64,000 nucleotides of DNA. Source: Vicinamibacterales bacterium. GTDB lineage: Bacteria; Acidobacteriota; Vicinamibacteria; Vicinamibacterales; UBA8438. The notes beneath the pieces were generated by a model. That model was not told where the DNA came from. It saw nothing but the letters and a program-made list of their open reading frames with translations, and did not search any database. The stretch spans positions 3,286,946 to 3,350,945 of the forward strand of contig CBDBKJ010000006.1 in NCBI GenBank assembly GCA_965206705.1, given 5' to 3'. Position 1 is the first letter of the stretch. Each line of letters opens with the position of its first letter. Positions 32,934 through 42,531 of the stretch are shown piece after piece. Made by a program: the position numbers and the translations under genes.

Positions 32934-34217
32934 ATGGAATCTACTGGGCTGAGAGATGCACGAGATGACGAGATCGCTCGCCAGGAACCGGCATCTGAAC
33001 AACAGGGCCCGCGCCTGACCATTCACGACCCGGTCGACGCGTTGGGGGCGCGCATCAAGGTCATCGGCGTCGGCGGCGGGGGCAGCAATGCGGTCAATCG
33101 CATGGTCCGTTCCGGTGTCGCCGCGGTCGAGTTCATCGTCGCCAACACCGATGCCCAGGCATTGAGCCACAGCGAGGCGCCGCTGTGCATCCAGATCGGC
33201 GCCAAGTTGACGAAGGGGCTCGGCGCGGGGGCGGCGCCGCACGTCGGCCGGCAGGCGGCCCTCGAGGACACCGATCAGATCATCTCGGCCCTCGACGGGG
33301 CGGACATGGTCTTCGTGACGACCGGTCTCGGCGGCGGCACCGGCACCGGGGCGGCGCCGGTCATCGCCAGTCTCGCGAGCGAGCTCGGCGCGCTGACGGT
33401 GGCCGTCGTCACCAAGCCGTTCAAGTTCGAAGGGCGGCGGCGGCAGCTGCAGGCGGAGCGCGGCCTCGCAGAGCTGCGCGAGTGCGTCGACACGATGATC
33501 ACGATTCCGAACGAGCGGTTGCTGACCACCACCGATCGTTCGACGACGCTGCCCGAAGCGTTCGCCACCGCGGACGACGTGCTGCGCCAGGCCATTCAGG
33601 GCATTTCCGACCTCATTCTGAAGCCCGGCCTCATCAACCTCGACTTCGCGGACGTCAAGACGATCATGTCCCGGGCCGGGTTGGCGGTCATGGGCACCGG
33701 CGTCGGTCACGGCGAGAAGAAGTCGATCGAGGCGGCGAGCCAGGCGATCTCCAGCCCCCTGCTGGAAGAGGCGACCGTCGAAGGATCCCGCGGGGTCATC
33801 ATCAACATCACCGGCGGCAACGACCTGTCGCTGGCCGAGGTCCATGAAGCGACCTCGGTCATCCAGGAATCGGCGCACGAGGATGCCAACATCATCTTCG
33901 GGGTGGTGATCGACCACGACATGGAGGACGAGGTCAAGCTCACGGTCATCGCGACCGGAATCGACGAGAAGGAGTCCACCACTGCGAAGTCGGATCGGAC
34001 GGCCGCCGATACGCCGGTCGATCTCCAGCAGTACGCGGACTGGAAGGAGGATTCGGGCGTCCACGAGCCGGCCCGGGAGACCCCGTTGCGGCGCCCGCCG
34101 GTGATCACGCTGCCGGCGCCGGACCGGATGGAGTCCGGCCGGCAGGGCGGCCGGCGCGAGTTGGCGTCCGACGCCGACCTCGAGGTGCCCGTCTTTCTGC
34201 GGCAGCGCGCGGAGTAG
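32934..34217 (+). CDS. ftsZ: cell division protein FtsZ
   Basis: The tubulin signature [11 protein letters not shown] and the motifs NTDAQAL and VGGGGSNAV are present. A C-terminal conserved peptide ([10 protein letters not shown]) is also present. Confidence 0.96.
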   Translation: MESTGLRDARDDEIARQEPASEQQGPRLTIHDPVDALGARIKVIGVGGGGSNAVNRMVRSGVAAVEFIVANTDAQALSHSEAPLCIQIGAKLTKGLGAGAAPHVGRQAALEDTDQIISALDGADMVFVTTGLGGGTGTGAAPVIASLASELGALTVAVVTKPFKFEGRRRQLQAERGLAELRECVDTMITIPNERLLTTTDRSTTLPEAFATADDVLRQAIQGISDLILKPGLINLDFADVKTIMSRAGLAVMGTGVGHGEKKSIEAASQAISSPLLEEATVEGSRGVIINITGGNDLSLAEVHEATSVIQESAHEDANIIFGVVIDHDMEDEVKLTVIATGIDEKESTTAKSDRTAADTPVDLQQYADWKEDSGVHEPARETPLRRPPVITLPAPDRMESGRQGGRRELASDADLEVPVFLRQRAE

Positions 34218-34247
34218 GGTTCGAAGCGGTGCGGTCCGGCGGCGATT

Positions 34248-34269
34248 CCCCGGCGGTTGCCCGCCGGGG
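34248..34269. terminator. GC hairpin between convergent ftsZ and the zinc-ribbon gene (CCCCGGCGG-ttgc-CCGCCGGGG)
   Basis: A perfect 9-bp stem with no clear U-tract on either strand. Confidence 0.4.
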
Positions 34270-34287
34270 GTCCGGGCTGGCGGGTGG

Positions 34288-35046
34288 TCATTGCGCCGCG
34301 CCGTTCGCCGCCGGCTCCTCCGGGAGCTGATCCGGGAGTCGGTTCGGGTCGTGATAGAGCACCCGCAGGCAGCTCTCGCATCGAATCAGCTCGGTATTGA
34401 GGAGGATCTGGTTGAAGACCTGCGGGCGCAGCCGCACGTTGCAGACCGTGCAGAGTCCGTTCCTCGCTTCCACCACGGCCAGACCCTGGCGCTGGCTGGC
34501 TATCGACTCGAACAGCCGGAGATTCTCCGCGCTGATGCTCTCGGCGAGTCTGGCCCGCTCGTCCGAGGCCCCCGTCAACTGCTGCTCCATCCTGACGCGT
34601 TGGGTCTCCAGCTCGGCGCGTTCGCGTTCGACGGCCGCAGTTTCATCCCGGTCCGCGCGTTCGGCCGCGTCGACGGCGGCGTCGAGCTCGTCGGCCTGAA
34701 GCATGTGCTCGAGAATCGTGTCCTCGAACCGGGCCACCTCCTTCTCGGCCGTGCCGATCTCGTGCTGCATGGCCGTGTATTCCTTGTTGGTCTTGACGGC
34801 CATGAGCTGGTCCCTGAACCGGGACAGCCGGCCCTGAACCTCGGCGAGGCGCTTCTCGATCTCCCGCCGGTTCTTCCGTGTTTCCTCCTGTTGCCGCCGC
34901 GCGTCGTCCACCCGGGTCCGGCTGGCGTGCAGCCGGTCGTCGAGCGCGGTCGCGCGTTCGGGGATGGCGTCGACCGTGCGCCGGGTTTCGACGGTTGCGT
35001 TGTCGAGGTGTTGCAGGCGTATCAACCGTTCGAGATCGGGCAGCAT
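34288..35046 (-). CDS. C4-type zinc-ribbon/coiled-coil protein (COG1579, DUF164-like)
   Basis: 252 aa with a long coiled coil and then CTVCNVRL...CESC. The central motif KTNKEYTAMQHEI is typical of this family. Confidence 0.8.
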   Translation of the reverse strand: MLPDLERLIRLQHLDNATVETRRTVDAIPERATALDDRLHASRTRVDDARRQQEETRKNRREIEKRLAEVQGRLSRFRDQLMAVKTNKEYTAMQHEIGTAEKEVARFEDTILEHMLQADELDAAVDAAERADRDETAAVERERAELETQRVRMEQQLTGASDERARLAESISAENLRLFESIASQRQGLAVVEARNGLCTVCNVRLRPQVFNQILLNTELIRCESCLRVLYHDPNRLPDQLPEEPAANGAAQ

Positions 35047-35092
35047 GAGGTGTCAAGTCTCCGCGGATGGTGTCGTCGGAACCCGGATCGGG

Positions 35093-35121
35093 GCAAAAAA
35101 AACCCCGCCGTGAAGGCGGGG
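35093..35121 (-). terminator. intrinsic terminator (minus strand): CCCCGCC-uucac-GGCGGGG followed by U8
   Basis: The plus strand shows A8 (35095-35102) followed by ccccgcc gtgaa ggcgggg (35103-35121). On the minus strand this is a stem-loop followed by a U-run. Confidence 0.78.
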
Positions 35122-35189
35122 CAGGCACACCACGCGGCGCTCTTCGAGCGTGCTGGCGACACGCGTGGGGTGCTGGCGAGCATGGTCTT

Positions 35190-35215
35190 GCAGCCCGTGG
35201 TGGAAGCCCCGCTGC
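35190..35215 (-). repeat. 24-nt motif, inverted copy (gcagcccgtggtggaagccccgc)
   Basis: This is the reverse complement of the motif at 35410-35433 and 35558-35581, with a 1-nt indel. Confidence 0.75.
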
Positions 35216-35248
35216 ATTCGAGCGGCGATGCATCCCGCCTGAGCCCGG

Positions 35249-35326
35249 CAAGCGTCGCCTTCGGCTCCGATTGCCGCCCAACCACGCCTGCCGGGAGTCT
35301 GCGCCGTGACCGGCGCAAACTCCCGG
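35249..35326 (+). repeat. family B repeat, diverged copy (homologous to the 83-bp tandem unit at 57033-57198)
   Basis: A hand alignment gives about 64 matches over about 81 columns, including cgtcgcct.cggctccg, gcccaacca and the hairpin GGGAGTCTGCGCCG-tgac-CGGCGCAAACTCCC. Confidence 0.6.
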
Positions 35327-35409
35327 TTGCGTTGTTCGTCGGTTGCATATGCCCCACTACGCGCCCTCCTCACGCCTTGTCAGGCGGGCGCCTCGCCGCT
35401 CTCGGTGCA

Positions 35410-35433
35410 ACGCGGGGTTCCACCACGGGCTGC
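35410..35433 (+). repeat. 24-nt motif acgcggggttccaccacgggctgc, direct copy 1 (just 3' of the tRNA gene in transcript sense)
   Basis: Identical 24-mer to the copy at 35558-35581. Confidence 0.85.
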
Positions 35434-35445
35434 GCTCCGTTCAGG

Positions 35446-35520
35446 TGGTGGGCCCACCAGGATTCGAACCTGGGACAGACCGGTTATGAGCCGGCGGCTC
35501 TACCGCTGAGCTATGGGCCC
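35446..35520 (-). tRNA. tRNA with CAU anticodon (Met elongator or Ile2/lysidine type; not an initiator)
   Basis: The minus strand reads GGGCCCATAGCTCAGCGGTAGAGCCGCCGGCTCATAACCGGTCTGTCCCAGGTTCGAATCCTGGTGGGCCCACCA. This gives a 75-nt cloverleaf with the anticodon loop CTCATAA, a G1:C72 pair and an encoded CCA. Confidence 0.93.
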
Positions 35521-35557
35521 GATAAGAGACGGCGCATCGGCGGTCGCCGCGGTCGGG

Positions 35558-35581
35558 ACGCGGGGTTCCACCACGGGCTGC
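35558..35581 (+). repeat. 24-nt motif acgcggggttccaccacgggctgc, direct copy 2 (abuts the rpoD stop codon)
   Basis: Identical 24-mer 148 nt from copy 1. Weaker similarity continues for about 25 nt beyond each copy. Confidence 0.85.
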
Positions 35582-37269
35582 TACGTGCCCTCGAGAAACG
35601 CGCGCAGCCGCCGGCTGCGTGACGGATGCCGCAACTTGCGCAGCGCCTTGGCCTCTATCTGGCGTATGCGCTCCCGGGTCACGGCGAAGTTCTGGCCCAC
35701 CTCTTCCAGCGTGTGCTCGCTGCCGTCGCCCACGCCGAAGCGCATCTTGACGACCCGTTCCTCGCGCGGCGTCAGGGTCCGCAGCACGCTCTCCGTCTGC
35801 TCCTTGAGGTTGAGGTTGATCACCGCGTCGGCGGGAGAGACCTCCTGACGGTCCTCGATGAAATCTCCGAGGTGGCTGTCCTCTTCTTCTCCGATCGGCG
35901 TCTCCAGCGAGATCGGCTCCTGGGCGATCTTCAGCACCTTCCGGACCTTGCCCACCGGGATGTCCATCCGTTCCGCGATTTCCTCCGACGTCGGCTCCCG
36001 TCCCAGCTCCTGCACCAGCGCCCGCGAGGTGCGGATCAACTTGTTGATCGTCTCGATCATGTGCACCGGAATCCGGATCGTTCGCGCCTGGTCGGCAATG
36101 GCCCGGGTGATCGCCTGGCGGATCCACCACGTCGCGTACGTCGAGAACTTGTACCCGCGGCGGTACTCGAACTTGTCGACCGCCTTCATCAGGCCGATGT
36201 TGCCCTCCTGAATGAGGTCGAGGAACTGGAGACCGCGGTTCGTGTACTTCTTGGCGATGGAGACGACCAGCCGCAGATTGGCCTCGACGAGCTCCTTCTT
36301 GGCCATCTCCGCGAGCATTTCGCCGCGGAAGATGGCGCGGTGGGTCTGCTCGATCTCCGGCACCGGCTGCTCGAGCTCTTCCGCCCGGGTGCGCAGCCGG
36401 GCTCGCAGCTCGCGCTGCTGCCGCGTGAGCCGCCTCCGAGCCTCGTCCCGCCGGGGCGTCCCGCTCTTCAGCTGCCGATCGAGACGCGCCAGCTCGCTCT
36501 GGACTTCCTGTATTCCCTCCACCGCCTGCTTGGCGCCGTCTATCAGCCGCCGCTTGACGGCTTCCGTGAAATCGAGGCCGCGGACCAGCCGGGACAGCGT
36601 GACCCGGGCCCGCAGCACGTTCCGATAGCGTCCTCGGTAGCGCCTCTTCTCCCGCTTCGAAATCTCTGCGAGCAGCGTCTTCCGCGACTCGACCTCGGTC
36701 CGGGCCTGCCGTATCCGCTCGATCTGATCGAGCACGCCGCGGGCCAGACGGTTGATCTTCTCCTCGGTGACCTCGTCGTCGTGGAAGACGACGATCTCGC
36801 GAATGGTGCGGTCGCCGCTCTTCACCTGGTCGCCCATCTCGACGACCTGCTCGACGACGAGCGGCATCCGCGAGACCGCCTTGATGATCGACAGCTTGCC
36901 GCGTTCGATGCGCTTGGCGATCTCGACTTCCCCTTCACGGGTCAGCAGGGGCACCGTGCCCATCTCGCGAAGATACATCCGGACCGGGTCGTTGGTCTTG
37001 TCGATCGCGCTCGGCGTCAGATCCAGCTCGAGGTCCGAGCCTTCGCTGCGGCGGTCGAGCAGCTTGTCCTCCCGGTACTTCTGCTCCGAGTCCACGACCT
37101 CGATGCCGGCGTTGCCGAACGTCGTGAACAGCTCGTCGAGCTCGTCGGAGGTGGTGATGTCCGGCGGGAGCAGCTCGTTCACCTCGTCGTAGAGGAGGTA
37201 TCCCTTCTCCTTGCCGATCTGGATGAGCTGCCTTACTTCGTCGTACTTCTCTTCGAGCGACAAGAGCAT
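35581..37269 (-). CDS. rpoD: RNA polymerase sigma factor RpoD (sigma-70)
   Basis: 562 aa with regions 2-4 present ([90 protein letters not shown]). The ATG at 37269 has its GGAGG immediately adjacent, so the TTG two codons downstream is an alternative start. Confidence 0.95.
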   Translation of the reverse strand: MLLSLEEKYDEVRQLIQIGKEKGYLLYDEVNELLPPDITTSDELDELFTTFGNAGIEVVDSEQKYREDKLLDRRSEGSDLELDLTPSAIDKTNDPVRMYLREMGTVPLLTREGEVEIAKRIERGKLSIIKAVSRMPLVVEQVVEMGDQVKSGDRTIREIVVFHDDEVTEEKINRLARGVLDQIERIRQARTEVESRKTLLAEISKREKRRYRGRYRNVLRARVTLSRLVRGLDFTEAVKRRLIDGAKQAVEGIQEVQSELARLDRQLKSGTPRRDEARRRLTRQQRELRARLRTRAEELEQPVPEIEQTHRAIFRGEMLAEMAKKELVEANLRLVVSIAKKYTNRGLQFLDLIQEGNIGLMKAVDKFEYRRGYKFSTYATWWIRQAITRAIADQARTIRIPVHMIETINKLIRTSRALVQELGREPTSEEIAERMDIPVGKVRKVLKIAQEPISLETPIGEEEDSHLGDFIEDRQEVSPADAVINLNLKEQTESVLRTLTPREERVVKMRFGVGDGSEHTLEEVGQNFAVTRERIRQIEAKALRKLRHPSRSRRLRAFLEGT

Positions 37270-37286
37270 CCTCCTCGGAGGGATCT

Positions 37287-39050
37287 TCAGGATCTCAGAG
37301 ACTCCAGTTTCGCCGACAGGTCCCGCTTCTTCCGCCACAACAGATCGATCTCGGCCAGGGCCGACGGGGTGCCGATCTGCTGGCAGCGATCGATCTCGTC
37401 CTGGACCGCGGCCTGCTGGCGCGCGTACCCCAGGCGCTTGATCTCGTGCCCGCAGTCGACGGCCGCCGCCGGCGGGCGATCTCCGGCCCCGACCCGCGCC
37501 ATCCAGGCCGCTTCCTCCGCCGTCAGACGCTCTCTGAGCGTATCGAAGGCGGCGCCGTCGGGCCAGTCGGCCAGCGATCGGGCCGTGGCGAGGATCGGCT
37601 CGGTCGCCAGACCCGCGATATCGCCTTCGTCCAGCGTGGCGATGATCTCCATCGCCGCCGGCGTATCCCGCACCAGGGCCCAGATCAGGCCCTTCTCCGC
37701 CGGCTTGACGCGCCGCCCCGTCGCCACCCGCCGCGGGTCGACCGTCGTCCGCTTCGCCACCGCCGCCTTGCGGATCTCCCGGCGCGCGACGTCCTCGAGA
37801 ATACCCGCCCGATGCGCGAGGCTGTCGGCGAACCGGTCGCGTTCCGCCGCCTCCGGGATGCGGGCGGCCACCTCCAGCATGCGCGTCAGAAACTCGCGCT
37901 GATGGTCGCCGCGGGTCAGGTCCCGCTCGGTCGCCTCGCGATCGAGCACGTACTGCAGATACGGTCGCGACGCCCGGAGCGTTTCTCTGTACCGGTCGAC
38001 TCCATGGTTCCGAATGCAGGTATCGGGATCTTCGCCGTCCTCCAACACCGCCACGTTGACCTGCAGCCCCTGCGCGAGCAGCAGCTCGCCGGACCTGGCC
38101 GCGGCTCCGGCGCCGGCCGGATCGGGGTCGAAGCTCACGATCACCTTCGAGGTGAACCGTTTGATCAACCGTACCTGCTGATCTCCCAGGGCGGTGCCGC
38201 AGCAGGCGACCACCGGGGCGACCCCCGCCTGCACCGCCTGCGCGAGATCGAAGTACCCCTCCACGAGGATCGCATACCCGGCCTCGCGGATGGCGCGCTT
38301 CGAGAGGTGGAGCCCGTACAGGGTACGCGCTTTCGAGTAGAGGCCGGTCTCGGGCGAGTTCAGGTACTTCGGCTGTTGATCCGGCCCGAGGGCCCGCGCG
38401 CCGAAGGCGATGACCGTCCCGCTGTCCCGGGCGATGGGAATGACCAGCCGATTCCTGAACCGGTCGATGAGCGGCCCTCCGTCGCGGGCGACGGCCAGCC
38501 CGCTCCGCACGAGGAGGTCGTCCGAGTAGCCGCGCGCGCGCAAGTGCGCGGTCAGGCCGTCGCGGGCTGGCGGCGCACATCCCAGTCCCAGCCGATCCGC
38601 GGTGTCCGCGGTGATGCCGCGGGCCGCGAGATGGTCCCGGGCGGCCCGGCCCGCCGCCTCGGCCAGACACGACGTGAAGAACCCCGCCGCCGCCTCGTGG
38701 ATGCCGAGCAGCGCCTCGCGTTCCGCCTCCGCGGCGGCGTGGCGATCGGTGGTGGGCTCGGGAATCTGGACGCCGACGCGGTTCGCGAGGTGGCGCACCG
38801 CGTCCTGGAAACCCAGCTTCTCCTGCAGCTCGACGAACTTGAGGACGTCGCCGCCCACGCCGCAACCGAAGCAGTGGAAGAAGCCCTTGTCCTGATGGAC
38901 ATGGAACGAGGGGGTCTTCTCGGCGTGAAACGGACAGAGGCCCCGGTAGCTGGTGCCTGCCTTCCTCAGCGGGACGTAGTCCTGCACGACCTGCACGATG
39001 TCGGCCTGCGACTTCAGATCGTCGATGAACGACTGGGGAAACAGGCTCAT
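37287..39050 (-). CDS. dnaG: DNA primase
   Basis: 587 aa with a zinc finger ([26 protein letters not shown]) and a TOPRIM region (ILVEGYFD). Confidence 0.94.
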   Translation of the reverse strand: MSLFPQSFIDDLKSQADIVQVVQDYVPLRKAGTSYRGLCPFHAEKTPSFHVHQDKGFFHCFGCGVGGDVLKFVELQEKLGFQDAVRHLANRVGVQIPEPTTDRHAAAEAEREALLGIHEAAAGFFTSCLAEAAGRAARDHLAARGITADTADRLGLGCAPPARDGLTAHLRARGYSDDLLVRSGLAVARDGGPLIDRFRNRLVIPIARDSGTVIAFGARALGPDQQPKYLNSPETGLYSKARTLYGLHLSKRAIREAGYAILVEGYFDLAQAVQAGVAPVVACCGTALGDQQVRLIKRFTSKVIVSFDPDPAGAGAAARSGELLLAQGLQVNVAVLEDGEDPDTCIRNHGVDRYRETLRASRPYLQYVLDREATERDLTRGDHQREFLTRMLEVAARIPEAAERDRFADSLAHRAGILEDVARREIRKAAVAKRTTVDPRRVATGRRVKPAEKGLIWALVRDTPAAMEIIATLDEGDIAGLATEPILATARSLADWPDGAAFDTLRERLTAEEAAWMARVGAGDRPPAAAVDCGHEIKRLGYARQQAAVQDEIDRCQQIGTPSALAEIDLLWRKKRDLSAKLESLRS

Positions 39051-39059
39051 GTCAGCGGA

Positions 39060-41522
39060 TCAGTCCTTCAGCTCGGCAATCGTGACGGCGCCGCCTCCGT
39101 CCTCGGGCGCCGCCGCCGACACGCGCCGGACGCAGGGATGGGTATCGAGAAACCGGGTGATCGAGCGCCGCAGCTGGCCGGTGCCGTGTCCATGGACGAA
39201 ACGCACGGTGCGGGTCTCGCTCATCAGGGCGTGGTCGAGGTGCTTCTCGACCCGCGACAGGGCTTCATCTACCCGGCACCCGATGACGTTCAGCTCCTCG
39301 AGCGCCCCCGCCGGCTCCTCGACGTGTATGGCGACCTGGCTTCGAGGCCGCCGCGGCGCCGCGCGGCGTCCGCTTGTGGCCCGCAGCGCCGCGAGCGGCA
39401 CGCGCAGGCGCTTGCCGTTCACTTCCACCTCGGCATCGTGGCCGTGGAGCGACTGCACGGCGCCGTCGACCCCGAGGGTCGCCACCGTCACCCAGGCCCC
39501 GACCTCGACGTCGGGGGGCGGCGCCGCGGGCGAGGGGGGCGGCGCCGGAGCCGGCATCTCCATGGCTCGGGCGACGCTCTCGATCGCCGCCTGCGCTTCG
39601 GCCCGCAGGCTCCCGCGGTCGCCCGTCGACAGTGCCGGCTTCCGGTGGTCGATCCGGCCGGCCGCCTCCCGCTCGAGCGAGGCGACCCGTTCGCGCAGGC
39701 CGCCGACGATCTCGTCGATCTCGCCCCGGGCGGTTCGGAGCCGCTCGCCGAGCGACTGTTCCAACCGTTTCCGGCCGGCCGCCTCCCGCTCTTTCAGCTC
39801 GCGCTCGCCCCGGGCAATCTCGTCGGTGCGCGCGGTCAGCGATCGCTCTCGCTCTCCGAGCTCCTCGCGCAGCTTCTCGAGCTGCCGGCGGTCCGTGTCG
39901 ATCCGGGCCAGGTGCTCCGCGAGCTGGGCTTCCCGGGCGCTGCGCCGATCCGCGGCGGCGGCGATGATCTCGGGGGCGAGGCCCAGTCGGCCGGCAATCT
40001 CCAGGGCCAGGCTGCGGCCGGCCGACCCGTAGATCAACCGGTAGGTCGGTGCGAACGTGTCGGGGTCGAAGCCGAACGCGGCGCAGGCCGCCCCCGTCGT
40101 CGTGGCCGCGTAGGACTTGAGCAGGTCGTCGTGGGTGGTCGCGATGACGTGCGCGCCCCGTTCGCGGAAGTGCTCGACCACCGCGCATCCCAGGGCCCCG
40201 CCCTCCACCGGGTCGGTGCCGGCGCCGACCTCGTCGAGCAGGATCAACCCCGGCAGGGCCAGCCGGCGATCCATCGCCACGATGTTGCTCAGGTGTCCCG
40301 AGAACGTGCTCAGGTTGGCGGCGATCGACTGCTCGTCGCCGATGTCCGCGAAGACGGAATGGAACACCGGAATCACGGAGCCGGCGGCCGCCGGAATGTG
40401 CAGGCCGGCCTGGGCCATGAGGGTGAGCAGCCCCGCCGTCTTCAGCGCGACGGTCTTCCCGCCGGTGTTCGGGCCGGTGACGATCAGCGCGCGGTCGGGC
40501 GGCTGCAGCACGATGTCGACGGGCACCGGCTCGGCGGGCGCTCCCGCCCGCGCGGGCGTCTCCAGCCGGCTCGTCACCGCGCTCATCAGCAGCGGATGCC
40601 GGGCCGCCCGGAGCTCGAACGTCTCGTCGGTCGCCAGCTGCGGCTCCACCCCGCCGACCGCGGCCGCGAACGCGGCGCGGGCCTGCACGACGTCGAGGTC
40701 CGTGGCGGCCGTCAGGGTCCGGCGCAGGTCTGCCGCGCGCCGCCGGAACGCCGACGACAGCCCCAGCAGGACGCGGCGGATCTCTTCTTCCTCGTGCTGC
40801 TCGAGGGCGACGATCTCGTTGTTGAGGTCGACGGTGCTGAGCGGTTCGAGGAACAGGCTGGCGCCGCTCGTCGAGCTCCCGTGCACGATGCCCGGGATGG
40901 CGGTGCGATGCTCCGATCGGACGACCAGCACGAAACGCCCGTTGCGTTCGGTGACCACCCGGTCCTGCAGGTACTTGGCGGTCTCCCGGCCCCGCAGAAA
41001 CGATTCGAGGTTGCCGCGCAGCCGGTTGCGCTGCTTGCGGAGGCGGCCGCGAATCGTCTTCAGCTCGGGGCTCGCGTCGTCGTTGACGTCGCCGGCGGCA
41101 TCGATCTTCCGGCCGACGTCCTCGCACTCGCGCTTCCAGGCGGCGCTGCCGTTCACGATCGCGGTCAGGGCCGGATACGGCCCGCCGCCGGCGTTGCGCA
41201 CGGCCTGGCACGCGCGTTCGATCGATTGGAGAAAGTCGGCGAGCTTCCGCAAATCGATGGGGGCGAGGGGATGCGCCTCGATGGCGAGCCGCGACAGGAT
41301 CCCCGCGAGGTCGCTGGGCGCTTCGAGGGGAATGCCCCCTTCGTTGGCGGCGAGAAACCGGACCCCCTCGGTGGTGTGGGCGAGGGCGGCCTGCACGGCG
41401 TGCCGGTCGGTGAGCGGCTGCAGCTCTGCGAGCTTGCCGGCTCCCAGCGGTGTCAGGGCATGGCTGGCGACGACCTCGATCACGCGGTCGAACTCGAGGG
41501 TCGCCTGGGTTCCTGCGTGCAT
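39060..41522 (-). CDS. mutS2: endonuclease MutS2 (MutS domain plus C-terminal Smr)
   Basis: About 820 aa from the ATG at 41522. Features are the P-loop GPNTGGKT, the motif LILLDEVGAGTDP, and a C-terminal Smr domain (VRFVHGHGTGQLR). Confidence 0.9.
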   Translation of the reverse strand: MHAGTQATLEFDRVIEVVASHALTPLGAGKLAELQPLTDRHAVQAALAHTTEGVRFLAANEGGIPLEAPSDLAGILSRLAIEAHPLAPIDLRKLADFLQSIERACQAVRNAGGGPYPALTAIVNGSAAWKRECEDVGRKIDAAGDVNDDASPELKTIRGRLRKQRNRLRGNLESFLRGRETAKYLQDRVVTERNGRFVLVVRSEHRTAIPGIVHGSSTSGASLFLEPLSTVDLNNEIVALEQHEEEEIRRVLLGLSSAFRRRAADLRRTLTAATDLDVVQARAAFAAAVGGVEPQLATDETFELRAARHPLLMSAVTSRLETPARAGAPAEPVPVDIVLQPPDRALIVTGPNTGGKTVALKTAGLLTLMAQAGLHIPAAAGSVIPVFHSVFADIGDEQSIAANLSTFSGHLSNIVAMDRRLALPGLILLDEVGAGTDPVEGGALGCAVVEHFRERGAHVIATTHDDLLKSYAATTTGAACAAFGFDPDTFAPTYRLIYGSAGRSLALEIAGRLGLAPEIIAAAADRRSAREAQLAEHLARIDTDRRQLEKLREELGERERSLTARTDEIARGERELKEREAAGRKRLEQSLGERLRTARGEIDEIVGGLRERVASLEREAAGRIDHRKPALSTGDRGSLRAEAQAAIESVARAMEMPAPAPPPSPAAPPPDVEVGAWVTVATLGVDGAVQSLHGHDAEVEVNGKRLRVPLAALRATSGRRAAPRRPRSQVAIHVEEPAGALEELNVIGCRVDEALSRVEKHLDHALMSETRTVRFVHGHGTGQLRRSITRFLDTHPCVRRVSAAAPEDGGGAVTIAELKD

Positions 41523-41699
41523 CGCGGTAACGGCGCCGGTTCGCAACGGGCGCTGGCCCAGCCGGCTTCCGAGCGACCGTGGCCGATGCTCGAAAGGTCT
41601 GAAAGCGGAAGTTCGGAACACAAAAGAATATCACGGAGCCGTCGGCGTGCTCAACCGCTTCGGCTGCCCGGCCGAACCCCAGGGTCGGGGGCCGCGGAC

Positions 41700-42470
41700 T
41701 CAGAGATGGTTGATCAGGCTGGCGAGGGTGGCGGCGCCGAAACCGTTGTCGATGTTGACCACCGCCACGCCGGCCGCGCAGCTGTTCAACATCGAGAGCA
41801 GCGCGGCGATGCCCCCGGCCCCGGCCCCGTAGCCCACGCTCGTGGGCACCGCGATCACCGGAGCCGCGACCAGCCCGCCCACCACGCTCGCCAGCGCGCC
41901 CTCCATGCCCGCGACCGCCACGATGACCCGGGCCTGCTCCAGCCGCGTCCGTTCCGACAGCAGCCGGTGCAGGCCGGCGACCCCGACGTCGTAGAGCCGT
42001 TCGACGCGGTTGCCCATGACCCCGGCGGTGACCGCCGCTTCTTCGGCCACCCGCTGGTCGGCGGTGCCGCCCGACACAACGAGGATCGTGCCGCGGCCGG
42101 TCGGCTCCGCCTGCCGGGTGCGGCTGATGATGCCGGCGCCGGCGTGGAAGACCGCATCGGCCACGCGCCCGCGCACCGCGTCGAACGCGGCGGCGTCGGT
42201 CCGCGTCACCAGCAGGGTCTGGTCCGCCTCGACGATCCGGGCCGCGATCTCCGCCACCTGGTCCGGGGTCTTGCCGGGGCCGAAGACGACCTCGGGGAAG
42301 CCCTGGCGGATGGCCCGGTGGTGGTCGACCCGGGCGAATCCGAGATCCTCGAACGGCGCGCGCCGCATCGACGCCGCCACTTCCCCCTGCGCGGCGTCGA
42401 CGTCGACCTCCCCGCTCCGCACCTGCTCCAGAAGAGAACGAAGCCGCTCGGGTTCCATGACCACGATCAT
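41700..42470 (-). CDS. larB: LarB-like AIR-carboxylase family protein (COG1691; nickel-pincer cofactor biosynthesis type)
   Basis: It has a PurE-like fold with the motifs VVSGGTADQRVAEEA and VAVAGMEGALASVVGGL. The start is at the ATG at 42470 or 42458. Confidence 0.72.
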   Translation of the reverse strand: MIVVMEPERLRSLLEQVRSGEVDVDAAQGEVAASMRRAPFEDLGFARVDHHRAIRQGFPEVVFGPGKTPDQVAEIAARIVEADQTLLVTRTDAAAFDAVRGRVADAVFHAGAGIISRTRQAEPTGRGTILVVSGGTADQRVAEEAAVTAGVMGNRVERLYDVGVAGLHRLLSERTRLEQARVIVAVAGMEGALASVVGGLVAAPVIAVPTSVGYGAGAGGIAALLSMLNSCAAGVAVVNIDNGFGAATLASLINHL

Positions 42471-42531
42471 ACAGACGCCGGCCGGGGGACGGTTGCGGTC
42501 CGCGGCCCGGACCACTATTCTTCGGGGACCG

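Larger units (their letters stand above)
35122..35445 (-). ncRNA. unclassified highly structured non-coding region between tRNA(CAU) and the terminator (function unknown; may be a repeat cluster rather than an RNA gene)
   Basis: There is no credible ORF. The sequence folds as a long imperfect palindrome. It is co-oriented with rpoD and the tRNA and ends at the intrinsic terminator. Confidence 0.3.

Noticed and set aside
35093-35445. RNase P RNA, tmRNA, SRP (4.5S) RNA or 6S RNA identity for the structured region next to the tRNA.
   Set aside because: There is no GAGGAAAGUCCGG or ACAGAA.CCGGCUUA (RNase P). There is no tRNA-like 3' end with a tag ORF and stop codon (tmRNA). There is no GGAAGCAGCC-type domain IV (SRP). 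A 6S-like rod is conceivable, but the apical part is a member of a dispersed repeat family, so no RNA family call is justified.
35410-35581. The direct repeats flanking the tRNA as att sites of an integrated element.
   Set aside because: They enclose only the tRNA (148-nt period). No integrase or cargo genes are nearby, and both sides are core genes.
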